DNA of 64,000 nt from Rhina ancylostomus (GCA_030265395.1 JARFYF010000051.1:29845038-29909037); one strand, 5' to 3'. Shown: positions 25,194 to 38,339, numbered from the stretch's first letter. Made by a program: numbers and translations. The notes: generated by a model from the sequence alone, not told the origin.

Positions 25194-26460
25194 TTGAAGC
25201 CTGCTCAGCAAAACAGAGTTAAACTGAGTTATGGTTCACTTTGTCATTTAAAACTATCATTGTTCCACTCAAAGAGCTTAGTTATTGTAGTTAGCACTTC
25301 AATCACCTTCAGCAAATATTTGGACAAATCACATATGAAGGACGCAAGTTCTCTCTATCTTGAAAGCTTTCAAAATAGCAAGATCAGGATGGGAGGTGAC
25401 TTGGATATGTTTGGCAGAGCATCAGAAGATTGTGTTGAAGTGTTAGCACAGCTGGGAGTGAAACATATCACAGGATTTACAGACAGAGACTCAGTTTTCT
25501 TGGTCTCCAGAAAGGACAGTGATTCTGCAGGCTAAGGGCCAAGTAAAATGGTGACAGACATAGGTAACTTTTTGGGAAAAAAATAATTCCTGCTGAACTC
25601 AGTGTCCATGCATCACCTGTGTATATGAAATGTCAGTAGCCCAAATGCAGTGGTTGGTGTTCTCACTGCTGATCTTGTGTTAAAGAAGCTCAATGGATCT
25701 CCCAGTGTAAACTTGGACAACATGTCATTTCAATACTTTTCTGTGATGTCCCATTCAATGCCATTGCATTGTACAGGCATGAAAACTATGCCACATGAGA
25801 TACCATCCACAAAATCAGAGAAATGCCTGACGGTGGGCAAAGACACAGTTCCATGCAAAGATGGAATTGTTTAGGCTCTCAACTTATTTTTCAAAATTTC
25901 AAAAGATTAAAGAACTTTGAAATATTACAGGCCCTCCCTGGGCTATGGCAGGATTCCATTCCTGTGAACTGCTCATAACCCAAACAGTTTGCAAGTCAGA
26001 AATGCTGCTGTGCATCAAGTTTCCACGTGGCAGAGGATGCCTACAGCTCTGCAGCAACCAGCAAATCCATCCCACTGGTTGTCCAAATGCTCGTTTGTAT
26101 GTTTGAGCTGCACATTAGTCGGGCGTTCATTAGCTGGAGAGGATCTGTATAAAAATTTAACAAGCTAAAGGAGAATTTTTTAAAGAAATCTTGGAAAGAA
26201 TTTTAAAAGTCTTTAGATCAATACCTTTGCCTCTTGTGGACATTATCATCCATTAGAATCTGTAAGAAAATACTCCTTGTGCCTCAGAACAAGTGCAGAA
26301 TCTTTGGACAAGTCCCTTCCATAAATATTGAGCAACTCGTGCCACCTCGCTGAACATGTTGAGTTAAAATGAGTCTACAGGGTCACACTGAACTGCTGAT
26401 CTCCAACTTCCAAATCTCCAAGTTCAAACACGTATGGAAATCTCAAAATTTCTGTCTGGT
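25194..26460 (+). pseudogene. Decayed hAT (Buster/Charlie-like) transposase
   Basis: Colinear degenerate motifs across frames: SSLYLESF (~FSLALDEST), VVGVLTAD (~VGxxTDGA), CHCIV (~HCIIH), QRWNCLG (~RWLSRG), SLQG…KFKHVW (~NLxLQG…F..KLxLW). ORFs 25194 and 25650 share one frame. Confidence 0.5.
25928..26147. mobile_element. Tc1/mariner-pogo (Tigger-like) MITE
   Basis: Flanked by TA on both sides (25926-27, 26148-49). Imperfect TIRs: caggccctccctgggctatg versus right-end reverse complement cagatcctctccagctaatg. Confidence 0.5.
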
Positions 26461-26759
26461 TTATTGTGTATTAACTAGGTGTGGATGGGGGTGGGGTGGG
26501 GGAATNNNNNNNNNNNNNNNNNNNNNNNNNNNNNNNNNNNNNNNNNNNNNNNNNNNNNNNNNNNNNNNNNNNNNNNNNNNNNNNNNNNNNNNNNNNNNNN
26601 NNNNNNNNNNNNNNNNNNNNNNNNNNNNNNNNNNNNNNNNNNNNNNNNNNNNNNNNNNNNNNNNNNNNNNNNNNNNNNNNNNNNNNNNNNNNNNNNNNNN
26701 NNNNNNNNNNNNNNNNNNNNNNNNNNNNNNNNNNNNNNNNNNNNNNNNNNNNNNNNNAA

Positions 26760-29375
26760 ACTGAAATGCAGTGTCCTAAGGCCCCACCCCCCTCCCTACC
26801 ATCCTCCTGGCTAATGTACAGTCTCTGGAAAATAAAATTGAAGATCTCAGAGCAAGACTGAAGTCCCAGAACGATCTCAGGGATTGTTGTGTGCTCGGCT
26901 GCACAGAAACATGGCTCACCCCTCGCACTCTGGACACAGCACTCAAATCCGAAGGCTTCACCATCCACCACATGAACCGGACAGCAGCATCAGGTAAAGG
27001 CAAAGCCGAAGGCATTTGCTTCATGATTAATTCATCAAGGTGTACAGATATGGCAGATCTGTCTCTGTCCTGCTCCTCTGACCTGGAACATCTGGCGGTT
27101 AAGTGTCATCCGCTCTATCTGCCAAGGGAGTTCTCCGCCTTCATCCTGGTAGCAGTGTACATTTCAACCCTGGCAAACATCAAGCTGGCACTGGAGGAGC
27201 TGAGCACCATGATCAACAGTCATGAGGTAGTGCACCCTGATGCCTTCCCGACCATCGCAGAGGACTTCAACCAGGCTAGCTTGAAGAAGTCTCTGACCAA
27301 CTACCACCAACATGTCGCTTCCAGAACCAGAGGAGCCAACACACTCGATCACTGTCACACCACCATCAAGAACACCTACTGTGCCATCCCACGCCCGCAC
27401 TTTGGCAAGTCTGATCACCTGGCTGTAGTTCTACTCCCGCCATACAGGCAAAGACTGAGGACTGCAGCAGCAGTGGTGAGGGTCAAGGGAGGTGGAGGAG
27501 CATTTACAGGACTGCTTTGAATCTGTGGACTGGACCATGCTCTGGGATTCATTTTCAGATCTGAATGAATATGCCATGGCCTTCACTGACTTCAAGACCT
27601 GCATGAATGAGTGTGTGCCTTTGAAAACATAAAGAGTTTTCCCAAACCAGAAGCCCTGGATGAACTTGAGATTGGCAGTCTTCCGAGGGCTAGGTCTGTG
27701 GCGTTCAAGACTGGCAATCCAAAATACTACAAGGAGTTCAGGTACGACCCATGGAAGGCCATGGTGAAAGCAGAAGTTACAGACACAATTGGATGCACAA
27801 CAGCTGTGGCAGGGTTTGCATGTCATTACTTCCTATAAGGTGAAACCAAATAGCAGTAAATGACGGTGATGCTTTACTCCCCGATGGACTCAACGTCTTT
27901 TATGCACGCTTTTAAGGGGAGAATAACGCTACACCTGTGCGAAACCCCACAGCTTCCAACAACCCTGTGATCTTTGTCTCAGAGGCTGATGTCAGAATGT
28001 CCTTCAAGAGGGTGAACCCTTTACAAGGAGTCAGGGCCCGATGATGTACCTGGATGGGTACTGAAAACCTGTGCCGATCAACTGGCTGGAGTGTTCAAGA
28101 ACATCTTCAACTTCTCACTGCTGCAGTTTGGGGTTCCCACCTGCTTCAAAAAGGCAACAATCATACCAGTGCTCAGAAAGAGCAGAGTGAGTTGCCTCAA
28201 TGACTATTACCTGGCAGCACTCACATCTACTATGATGAAGTACTTTGACAGGTTGGTTATGGCTAGAATTAACTCCTGCCTCAGCAAGGACCTGGACCCG
28301 CTGCAATTTGCCAACCACCACAATAGGTCTATAGCAAATGCAATCTCACTGGCTCTCAATTCTGCTTTGGAGCATCTGGACAACAGCAAAACATACATCA
28401 GGCTGCTGTTTATCAATTACAGCTTGGTGTTCAAAATCATCATCCCCTCAGTATTAATCAACAAGCTTCAAAACCTGGGCCTCTGTACCTCCCTCTGCAG
28501 TTGGATCCTCAACTTCCTTATTAGGAGACTGCATTCAGTGCAGATCGTTAATAACATCTCCTCCTCACTGACAGTCAACACAGGCACACCTCAAGGATGC
28601 ATGCTTAGCCCACAGCTCTACTCTTTTTGCACTCATGACTGTGTAGCTATGCACATCTCAAACACCATCTATAAATTTGCAGATGAGACCACCACTATTG
28701 GTAGAATCTCAGATGGCAACAAGGAGGCATACAGGAGTGAGACAGTTCTGGTGGTTGAGTGGTGTCGCTACAACAACCTTCCACTCAACATCAGCAAGAC
28801 CAAAAGATTGGTTGTGCACTTAAGGAAGGGGAGAACACACAGTCCTCATTGAGGGGTCAGTGATGGAAAGGGTGAGCAGCTATAAGTTCCTGGGTGTCAA
28901 CATCTCAGAGGATCTATCCTGGGCACAACATATTGATGCAATCACAAAGAAGGCACGCCAACAGCTCTACTTCGTTAGGAGATTGAGGAGATTAGACATA
29001 TCACCTAAAACTCTTGCAAATTTCTATAGATGTACAACGGAGAGCATTCTGAATTGTTGCATCACAGCCTGGTATGGAGACTCCAATGCACAGGATCGCA
29101 AGAGGCTACAGAGGATTGTAGACTCAGCCAGTCAATCATGGGCACAACCCCCACCCCCCACCATCGAGGACATCTTCAAGAGGAGGCACCTCAAAAAGGT
29201 GGCATCCATTACTAAGGACCATCATCATCTGGGACATTCCCCTTCTCATTACTACCATTGGGGAGGAGGTACAGGAGCATGAAGACCTACACACAACAAT
29301 TTTGGAACAGCTCCTTCCCCTCTGCCATCAGATTTCTGGACGGTCCATGAACCCATGAATACCGCTTTGTTGTTC
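26760..29375 (+). mobile_element. Rex1/Babar-clade LINE, near-complete ORF (APE + RT), disrupted
   Basis: APE motifs CTETWL, EDFN, TRGANTLDHC, GKSDH. RT motifs DPLQFA, GTPQGCMLSP, KFADETT, FLGVNI. Split by stops and frameshifts. Confidence 0.92.
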
Positions 29376-29971
29376 CTTTTTTTTGCGTTTGGATTAAAGG
29401 CATAGGATTCTCCTATTGGCTCTACATGAGGGGCAATCAGAGCAACACCAAAGTAGCTGGAGATCATCCAAAGCATAATATTTTCAATGTGATATGCATA
29501 TGGCTCTCCAAGAGATTTTCTGGAGATTTATTATTATTATGTCTGAAGACGTACCAGATCTTTTTTGTTCCAGGCAGTAGATTAAATTAGAAAACCTTGA
29601 ACATGCTTAACAAATCAGGCAAGTCAGACAGTCAAGATTTAAATTTAAATTGCAGGATCAAACCAAGAATCATGTCAAAGGAGCAGAGTCAAGGCATGGA
29701 AGGAAGACACTGACTTCAGGCGGTTTGCAAACAAGAGAATTGATGCTACCCTGAAAAGCAATGGGCAATATTAATTCTGTTTACTGTCACTCAGACATTT
29801 TGATGTTTTGATCTTTTGCCTGTTGACAGTGAAATAGTTACAGCATGCCATATTGTGCCAGTTACAAACTAGTCAATCTTTCTTCCACAAATTAAGAAAA
29901 TACATGAACAATACATGGATGGAGGTATGGCTTTGCCTAACTTTAGATTTTACTACTGGGTAATTGATATT

Positions 29972-30044
29972 TGTCATGGTTCTGAGTTCTGGTCCTCAAT
30001 TTGGCTCCATTAATGCCTTGTTGTCCAGCACATGGATTCCATGC
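29972..30044 (+). mobile_element. 5' part of Gypsy (sushi-like) LTR, cut by a gap
   Basis: tgtcatggttctgagttctgg…gattccatgc is near-identical to 49043-49115. Confidence 0.8.
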
Positions 30045-30144
30045 NNNNNNNNNNNNNNNNNNNNNNNNNNNNNNNNNNNNNNNNNNNNNNNNNNNNNNNN
30101 NNNNNNNNNNNNNNNNNNNNNNNNNNNNNNNNNNNNNNNNNNNN

Positions 30145-30318
30145 TTTGTATTATGTTCACTTAGTAAGAGATCGGGAGGTTCAGATTATGTATTTTACTC
30201 CCTGTGAGTGTATATGTCAACTGTTATTATTGTTATCCTGATCTCTTCGCACCATGTATATAATCACTATTGTTATGTATATTAATTTGAAATTTAATAA
30301 AAAGATTGAAAAAGAAAA
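30145..30318 (+). mobile_element. Probable L1/Tx1-type LINE 3' end
   Basis: T-rich UTR ending aataaaaagattgaaaaagaaaa (polyA signal plus A tail). Confidence 0.45.
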
Positions 30319-31149
30319 TACATGAACCTTTCCTATAAACTTAACTGCAGAAGACCTTTGGGTATACTTTCAGTTGAACTAGCAATCTATTTTCCTACTG
30401 TCTCTTTACACTTCATTTTCCTTTATATTTTTCCTCTATACTTTTCACATAAATTTCAAATTTTCTATTACTAAACTGCCATTTGCTCTTTTGTTTCTGC
30501 TTCATCCTTAGCTCCTTTATTGTCAAGTCGCCTTTAGCTTTCTTCCCTTTTCCATATGTGAGAATGTTGCGGGGCTGTCTTGAACCATTTATTTATAAAG
30601 GTGACCACTGCTGCAGTATATTTCTGCCTGCCAAATTTTGATGTAAAGTTACACAAACAAGGATCATATTCGTTGGAATTTTAAGATTAAAGTTACATTG
30701 AACTTTCCAAGATATCAAGAGGAACATGTTGGGTTGATAGGAGCTAGGAATTGGAGAGCCAAATTTTCCTGAAGGAAGTTAGGAAACATTTCTGCATAAT
30801 GATAATGGTAGACATTTGGAGCTCTCACTACAGATAGCATATGATGCTTGGTCAGCTGGTAATTTAAAACCTCACATTGATCAATCATTGATATCCAAAA
30901 TATTAAGGGATGTAGGGAAAGTGGGACGCCCATAGAATTGTAGAACTGGCTTGAGAGAATAAATTGTCCACATCTATTCTTATATTCCTATCTGGCTGTA
31001 TCCGGGAATATCTATCAGCCACACATTGTTTTGTTAAACCACTTCAACCATCCCCACTGCATTAATTTTCCATGTGGCTATTTCCAATTGCAGCAATAGT
31101 GAGCACTCTGTGCATTTGCACACATATTACTTTTTGTATTTTCTGTAAT

Positions 31150-31640
31150 CCTACCAAATGCTGTTTCTTTCTAACTTCAATTGTTTCACAGTTCTTTGTC
31201 TTTTAACACCAGCTCCCTCACAGCCCTTGTTAATCTGCCTTACAGGAAATCAGTTTCAGTGCCTTCAGGTTTAATTTCTATTTTATACAAGTTTCTCTAC
31301 GAACCTCAATATCCCAAGAATCTGAGCTCTCACTCTTGCACCAGGTTTTATATTATACTTTCATTAACATGTGACAATGGAATAATCCACATGCTTTTCA
31401 ACGCCTTTGTGCCTGATTTCAAGAACTGATTCCTCTTCCCGGTATGGACCATGACTTTTGGATCTTCATCAGCCTCCCGCAACACTTTTTGAACTTTCTC
31501 CATGACTGTTTAACCTGGCTCAAGGAAAGTTGCATACCTCATGGCTCTTATGTTGAGGTAGCAGAATTCCTGATATTCCAATCCTCATTTCCATTGAATA
31601 TCTATAATTTCCTTATGTCCTACTGTTCTTGTGCAGAACT
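31150..31640 (-). mobile_element. CR1 ORF1 (SGNH esterase-like) relic
   Basis: The minus strand reads VMEKVQKVLREADEDPKVMVHTG, resembling the CR1 ORF1 'ERLQxIL…QPxVVVHIGTND' motif. Confidence 0.5.
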
Positions 31641-32289
31641 TTGCCAAATGAGTATAGCAATCCTTCAAGGTATCAACAGAATAAGAGATTTAACAAATGA
31701 AACAATGAAATCATGGGTGATTTATGGCATGACTCCATAATCTGTTTCCAGCATCCTTTAAATTTTTTAAATTAATAATAATATATGAATCTCTGCCTTA
31801 AATTGATCCAGCATTAACTGAAATTTGTGGAAGACTGTTCCAAACTTCATTTATCCTTTGGAAGTACAAATGTATCCTAACCACTTTTGAAAGACTGGGT
31901 TCCCTTGCCCTTGCCCTACATTTCCCAACCATCAGAAATTGTGTCTCTTTACCAACCCCATCAGTTCCCAATAATAATTTTAAAACTTAAATCAATTCAG
32001 ATTTTAATCATGTAAATTCCAGGGAATACAAACCTAATTTCTGTATTTATAATAATTTAAAACCTGTAATCAGCAGTCACAATATTTGGCTGCACTGAGG
32101 GCAGTTTTCTATCCACTGTGGGAGCCAATTACTTCCAAAATGGTGCCGAAAGTGTACATACAGTATATATTTATGATGTGAGCCGTGCCAGCACTTGGTT
32201 GATGAGGGCTATGAGTGTGCACAGCTAATATCAGCTAGAAATATGTTAATCAGACAAAGTGTGATGTCAATCAGTTTTAATTGTTGATT

Positions 32290-33040
32290 GGCTACCGATA
32301 TTCTGTAGGAGACTTGCAGTGTATGAATTCAATATTTGCTGTGGTCTGCTGTATGATACATCACCTTGCATTCATGCAGCCTCAGACATCGTCAGCAACT
32401 ATGGTAATGTAGGAATGGGAACAGAAGGAGGAGGAAATGAAGAGGCATTGTATGGAGCCTCTTGTAGGCAAAGTCAGCAGAAAATAACTCAGCCTACTTC
32501 TATCACCACATCTCCCTGACCTCAGTGAAAAAAAAATCAAATCTGAATTTACATTGAAAGCAACAACAAAACACATAAACATCAGTTAAACACCCTTTTG
32601 CTTCCCCAGGACCCCTACAAGTGGGTGCAACTTTGCTGATAGAAGGCACCTGATGCTTTGGAGGAGGCTGAGATGACCTTGGGTAGCTCTGTGCCATAAA
32701 GGCCTGAATTCAGTCTGTATTGTCTCATCATGGGCAATAGTGATCTGTTCTGGCTGACCAGTATTCAGTACAAAGGGCTTTGTTGGATAGGAGCAGCTCT
32801 TAAACAATAACAGGTTTTTAATTGGAGGTTACAGCACTGGACTGCTGTGACACTCTCCAAGCTCCTTTGATCACCAATATCTGTAGCCATGATAAGAGCT
32901 GTATGAAAAGTCAGAGATTCTACAGCATCATTCAAAAATGCTGCAAGTGCTGCACTGGAATCTCAGACATTAATAATTAGAAGTTGCATTATGGTTGAGT
33001 GGGCAAGTTGAAATGTAGTTTCCTGCCACTTTTGTGTTGG
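32290..33040. mobile_element. PIF/Harbinger relic: transposase C-terminus (+) followed by presumed Myb-like gene tail (-)
   Basis: The + strand reads SVGDLQC…SIFAVVCCMIHHLAFM…QKEEE, matching HARBI1-family SGGxLQY…CCMLHNLA plus acidic tail. Confidence 0.55.
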
Positions 33041-33049
33041 AAAGGATGG

Positions 33050-35962
33050 ACCACATCTCTGCTCTGTTTATGAATAATTGAGATATTTGTACACCCAGAG
33101 AGGAGGCTGTCATGACACTCTGTCCTCAGAAACTTTTAGACCATGCATATAAATTAGTTTGTCCCAGCAAAGGAGTGTGAATATTCAGAGGTATCTTATC
33201 AGTTACGATGTGCTCCCACTGTAAAAGTATACTTCAATTGAACCATTTGTCGGTACTGAAATATTGAATTAAGTGATATCATTGTAGTTTTTGAAATTAT
33301 GTTCAGTCGCCTGCTGTTTTCTTTGATCTTAAGGGAGTAAAAACTCAATGTACTTTGAGTTCAGAGAGATTCTGCTGAGAGGGGCTCCAAGAGAATGTCT
33401 GCTTGTCATGATGAATAAAGACTTTAATATCTACCAGCTTCTATATCTTCAGTGACTTAGTTAAAGTCACAACATTTGGGGCCTCATTTGGGATACATTC
33501 ATGACCCATCATGTGGTCTGCAACCTCAGCAGTCTCAGGGGGTGAGTATTTTTAAGTGCAGTGCCCCATAATTAGATATGTTCGGGCCAATAACCATGGT
33601 ATCATGAAGTATCAAAGAACACAGCAGAGAGCTGGAGGGGTAGATGTGAAGTGTATGCGTCTGTGTGTATGCATAAGGGACCAGCTACCAGGCAGTTCTG
33701 GGTAGTTTGCTGACACAGGGCCACCAGTGGCAAAAGCTGGTCGCTGACTGTTTGGGATGCCAGGGATGGGGGATATGTATACTTGTTCAGTGGGCACTCA
33801 CAACTGAGAGTAATCACCTGTGTTATTGTAGTGTGGCTACTGAGAATGCTCAGTAGTGTGGGGGGTACAGTTTGAGACGACAGAAGGGTCCATGTGTACT
33901 CTTTTAGGAGACCATATATAGCAGTACATTTGTTTGTGAGAATGTTTGTGTCTGTGTGTGTGAAGAAAACCCAGGAGGGATAACAGAGTAGGAACTTTTT
34001 ACCGTTCATATGAAAGGTAATACAGCAGTCACCATGAGCTTGGTTGTAGAAAGGGGAGAACTCACAGAGTACATACTCCATAAACTTGAGAAGGTTGAAC
34101 TGGGAATGGACAAAACTGGGTGGATTAAGACGTAAAGCCTGGAGGAACATTGGCAGTGGTGGTAAAGAAAAGCAAAGAGGAAGGAAGATAAAGCAGCAGT
34201 CATATTATGTCATGTGTACTTTCAAGAGAGCACAAAGTGTCAGGAATCACACCATGTACAAATAGTAGAACAACAGTAGGAAAGGGACAAAAAGAAAGGA
34301 ACAGCAAGATAGTGTGGAAGGAACAATTGGAACACTTAGAGAGAGAGAGATAGACACGGATGAGAAACAGGCAGAACAATTAGAACAATACAAGAACAAA
34401 TTAGTCAGGGATCTGTGCAGACTGGGACATAAGTATGATAAGACCCAGCAGATGAGTGCTCACTGGATAGCAGCTGTGGGAATGCCTGAAGAGGAAGGTG
34501 ATGATGTAGATTGGGAAGCACTAGGCCAGGAAGATGGCAGGTGGGAAAGTGCCTGAAAGCAGGAATGGTTATACCCAGCACTGTCTGTCTGGATGGTACC
34601 TATTGAAACCAGGCAGTGATAGACTTAGAGCCCTGATGGTGCCAGCTGGCGACTGACACACATCACCACCATCCACAAACTGGGATGGGAACGTAAGAAA
34701 GTTCAAAACATGTTGAAATGTTTGTCCATGATCAATAATTTCCAATATTCTTTGTTTCAAGGTCTTAATGTATAAAAGACTCTGTAAGGTGGTTGTGATT
34801 GTATTTTAAGATGTTTTGCCAAATATTTAAGAGAGTAAGTCACTTCCTGAATTGATTTAAAGCATGACTGCTCTGTGAGTTTTAATTGTTACATGAGATG
34901 TGGCCACTATCAGTTCGAAGAAAAGGATGTGGTCAAATGCCTGGAACAACATTTTATCACCATCATTGCTAGATTCTTGCAGGTAGCCAGTTAGGGATTA
35001 TAGATTATTCACTTGTAGGTCCACATAGGGACATAGTAGTCTAGTAATTGGAGATGGGGTCCTTAGTGAAGTGCTTTTTGCTGCGCTATTTAAATCAGAC
35101 CACTCATAACCTTAGGACTCCCTGGGACTGATTTCTGACCAGGGGCCAACTAGGGGGCACGTTAGGGATTGACAGAGGACATCTTTTGGGAATTACTTGG
35201 ATAGCAGGCATTAATACAAACAGGAGCCAGTCTTCAAACAAATCTATTCAAATGTAACTTGCAAGCAGTAATCACTCTTGAAATTAAAAGGACAGCATTG
35301 TAAACAAAACACAGAACACAGGCTGAAACACAGCAGGAGGCTGGCTGCTCAAGAGATATCGTTTGTAAAGTGACATGACCATGAGACATTTTTGTATTTA
35401 TCAGCCAAATGTAAGCCAATGGGAGTATGCTAATTGGCCTATATCAAATCAGGCACCTTCAGCAGTTATTTTGTATCCATCTGCCAGAGATCAAGGAGGA
35501 TTCCCAGACCAGACTTATTTTATCATTTAGCATATCAAACATGGCCATAGGTATCTTTGCTTTGTTTATCAATAATTGGGATCTTTGTACACCCAGAGAG
35601 TCAGCTCTCATGACACACTATCCTCGGAGACTTTTAGACCATTTATGTGAATTAGTTTGTCCCAGCAAAGGTGTTTGAATATTCAGGAGTATCTTGTCAA
35701 TTGCAATGTGCTCCTACTGTAAATGTGTGCTTCAATTGAACCATTTGTTGGTACTAAGATACTTAAATTGATATCATTGTAACTATTGAAATTATGTTCT
35801 GTCACCTGCTGTTATCTTTGATCCTAAGAGAATAAAAACTCAATGTATTGAGTTCAATGAGTTCAGAGAGTCTACAAGAGAATGTCTGCTTGTCGTGATG
35901 AATAAAGGACTTCTATATCTATCAGCTTCAGTGTCTCCAGTGACTTAGTCACTGTCACAAAA
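33050..35962 (+). mobile_element. Internally deleted class I-like ERV: partial 5'LTR (33050-33474), PBS, leader, gag fragment, PPT, 3'LTR (~35160-35962)
   Basis: Direct repeat 33050-33474 versus 35545-35962 with AATAAA. The gag peptide EQYKNKLVRDL…AHWIAAVGM…VDWEAL is homologous to ORF 57745-58125. No pol or env is detectable. Confidence 0.88.
33477..33494 (+). promoter_or_regulatory. Retroviral primer-binding site, tRNA-Pro type
   Basis: tggggcctcatttgggat lies 2 nt after the LTR end and matches TGGGGGCTCGTCCGGGAT at 14/18. A splice-donor-like gGTGAGT follows at ~33541. Confidence 0.75.
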
Positions 35963-36100
35963 GGCTCAGTCATGCTTGCTCCAGTTCTGGCCAGCACTCA
36001 GCTGCAGGCCATCATTTTTTTCCTTTGATGTTTCCGCTGATGCCAGCTTCTTGCCACCTTGTCCTGCAAGAGGAAGGGGAACACATTAGCATTTGTCAGG
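35963..36100 (-). mobile_element. Possible Harbinger Myb/SANT-like gene exon relic
   Basis: A minus-strand acceptor gctaat…ttccccttcctcttgcag is followed by DKVARSWHQRK. It would continue the Harbinger relic interrupted by the ERV. Confidence 0.35.
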
Positions 36101-38339
36101 ATACATTTGGTTGATATGGTATTGTACTGTGTGCAACTTTGATTTACATACTTTAGGCAGGATAAATGCACCCAAGTGGGCAGCATACCCAATTGAGACA
36201 GTTGTGTGCTTCATGAGTTGCAAGCTTCCAGTTTGGTTCACAGCCTGCACTTACCCCTTTTCTTGCAGAGCTTCCATCAGTGTTCTTCACAGTTCTGTTG
36301 GGATGGATGTATTTGAGTTGGTATCCATGGCGGATGTGGAACTTAAAGTTGCCTTCTATGATAAAGATCGTGGCACTTCATATTTGTAGAGACAGAACCA
36401 TGATATGCAGAAATCTTAATAGCTTCCGTCATCGCCTATTTTACTTTGGAAACGAACTCTCACAGTACAATCATAATAAAGAGTCTTTTGTGTCTTAGAA
36501 TGATTACAGTTTAGAAACACTTCAAATCATGACAATTGGTAAATATCCTGTCTGCCAAGCTGGAGTTATGCAATGAAAATGTGGTATTGGGAAAGTGATG
36601 GGTAGGGCAAGGACAATGAATAAAGAAGAATTTTGGAATGGCCTCTTAAGCTCTGCCTGTTCCATTCAGTCTTTGAAATTCCTTCTCCACAACTTGCTAT
36701 GTTACAGCCGTGACTAAACTTTAAAACATTACTTGGCATGATGTTTTCGGACATCCTGCAGAAGTGAAAGACAGAACAGAAATGAAAGTCTCATTTTTCT
36801 CTTGAATTGAGTGAGGGGCTGATGGTTTCAAATCTTTCTATCTTTTCCCGTTCTCATTTAACTGTTGTTTTGTTTCCTTGTGCAGCCTTCTCTCATGAAG
36901 AAATTAAAAAATTATGAATGTTGAAATTTGGAAGAGCAGGAGAAGCAGGGCCAATGTGATTGATAGGGCCGAATGTGCATCAGGCACTGCCTCTGCCGAG
37001 GATTGAGTGAAATGCTTTGAGACAGAATCCCTGCCTAATATACCTAGCATATTATGATGCAGCAGGCATTTGCTTTGAATCTTGCACAACCTAAATGCAA
37101 GAATTAGCACTTGCAAATGTTTAAACAAAGGGCAAAGAAGACAAAGGCAGCTCTGGATATAAAGCCAATATAAAACAAACATTTCAATGAGAGCCTTGTC
37201 TCTTACATGGATTCGTTTTGTTCATTATGCAGTATGCATCTTTGCAACTCAGCTGTTTGCTTTGGTTTTGCTGCACAAGGCAGAAACAAAGGAACAATTG
37301 AAACATTCAAAGGCAGAAGATTAACCCCTCCCTATGCCCGACAGGCACATTACTGGCAATGATCTGGGGTGTGAAGGGCAAGGAAGCGTCATTGTTTGAT
37401 CCTTCAGTCATTCTCATGTTTGAATTTAGGCTTGTACCAGATAAATTAGGCAACCTAACCGATCTTCATCTGGATGTGCACGCCACTTTAGCAACACGTC
37501 TAACAGCAGTTAGAAGACTCAGATAAGTATGTTGTCAAATTTTAAGTTTTCTTGTAAACCAGAAAGAGCTGGATAACTGCTCATGGTTCCAAAGGATACT
37601 GCATTGAACCATACAATCACAGGATAGTGCGGCAAACTAGGAGGCCATTGAGTCCATTGGCTCATTTGAAGATTCCTGCTTCACCTTTCCCCTTATCCTT
37701 CCCATTTTTCAGTGATCTTCTCAGGAACTTCATTGTTGTTATTCTAATGCACTAACAATCATTCATAACTGTACAGCAGGATTAGGAAGCCAATTAGCAA
37801 TTAACATTTTGATATTTGCATCTCCTGCCAAAGAATGAGGCATTAGTAGGAAATAGATCTCTGGAGAATACTTAACTGGTGAGATGGCATGATGGCTCTT
37901 CATTTGGATATACCCTCAGATCGAATTTCTTGAATAACTGAAAAGTTAAAAAAAAATCAGCCAGGTGCTGGTTAAGATTCCTGAAGGAAATTATCACCAA
38001 GCTATGGAAAATGAATAAAACTGCAGATGCTGAAATCAGAAACAAAAACAGGAATGCTGGAAAAACTCAGCCTGTCAGGCATCATCTGTGGAAAGTAAAA
38101 ACAGTTAATGCTCCAACTTCTGATGAAGGGTGTTTGAGTCAAAGCGTGAACTGGTTTCTCTTTCTAGAGATGCTGTTTGACTGGCTGAGTTCTTCTAGTA
38201 TTTCTGTTTTTGTATCATCAAGCTCTGTGCACTCCTGAACTAGAACGTGGAGATGCTTTGAGAGAGACAGGTTACAGTTTGTCAAGCTTCTAGGTGCCTT
38301 TAAGTTTAGGGTCAATACTAAGTCAAAGTGGAAGACCAT

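Noticed and set aside
26369-26971. Long ORFs containing X runs (also near 10450, 17400, 20500, 30000, 41800, 58300)
   Set aside because: Their length is an artefact of translation through N gaps.
33602-34150. 182-aa minus-strand ORF
   Set aside because: It is antisense to the ERV leader/gag with no recognisable domain, and the homologous region of the second provirus shows no equivalent ORF.
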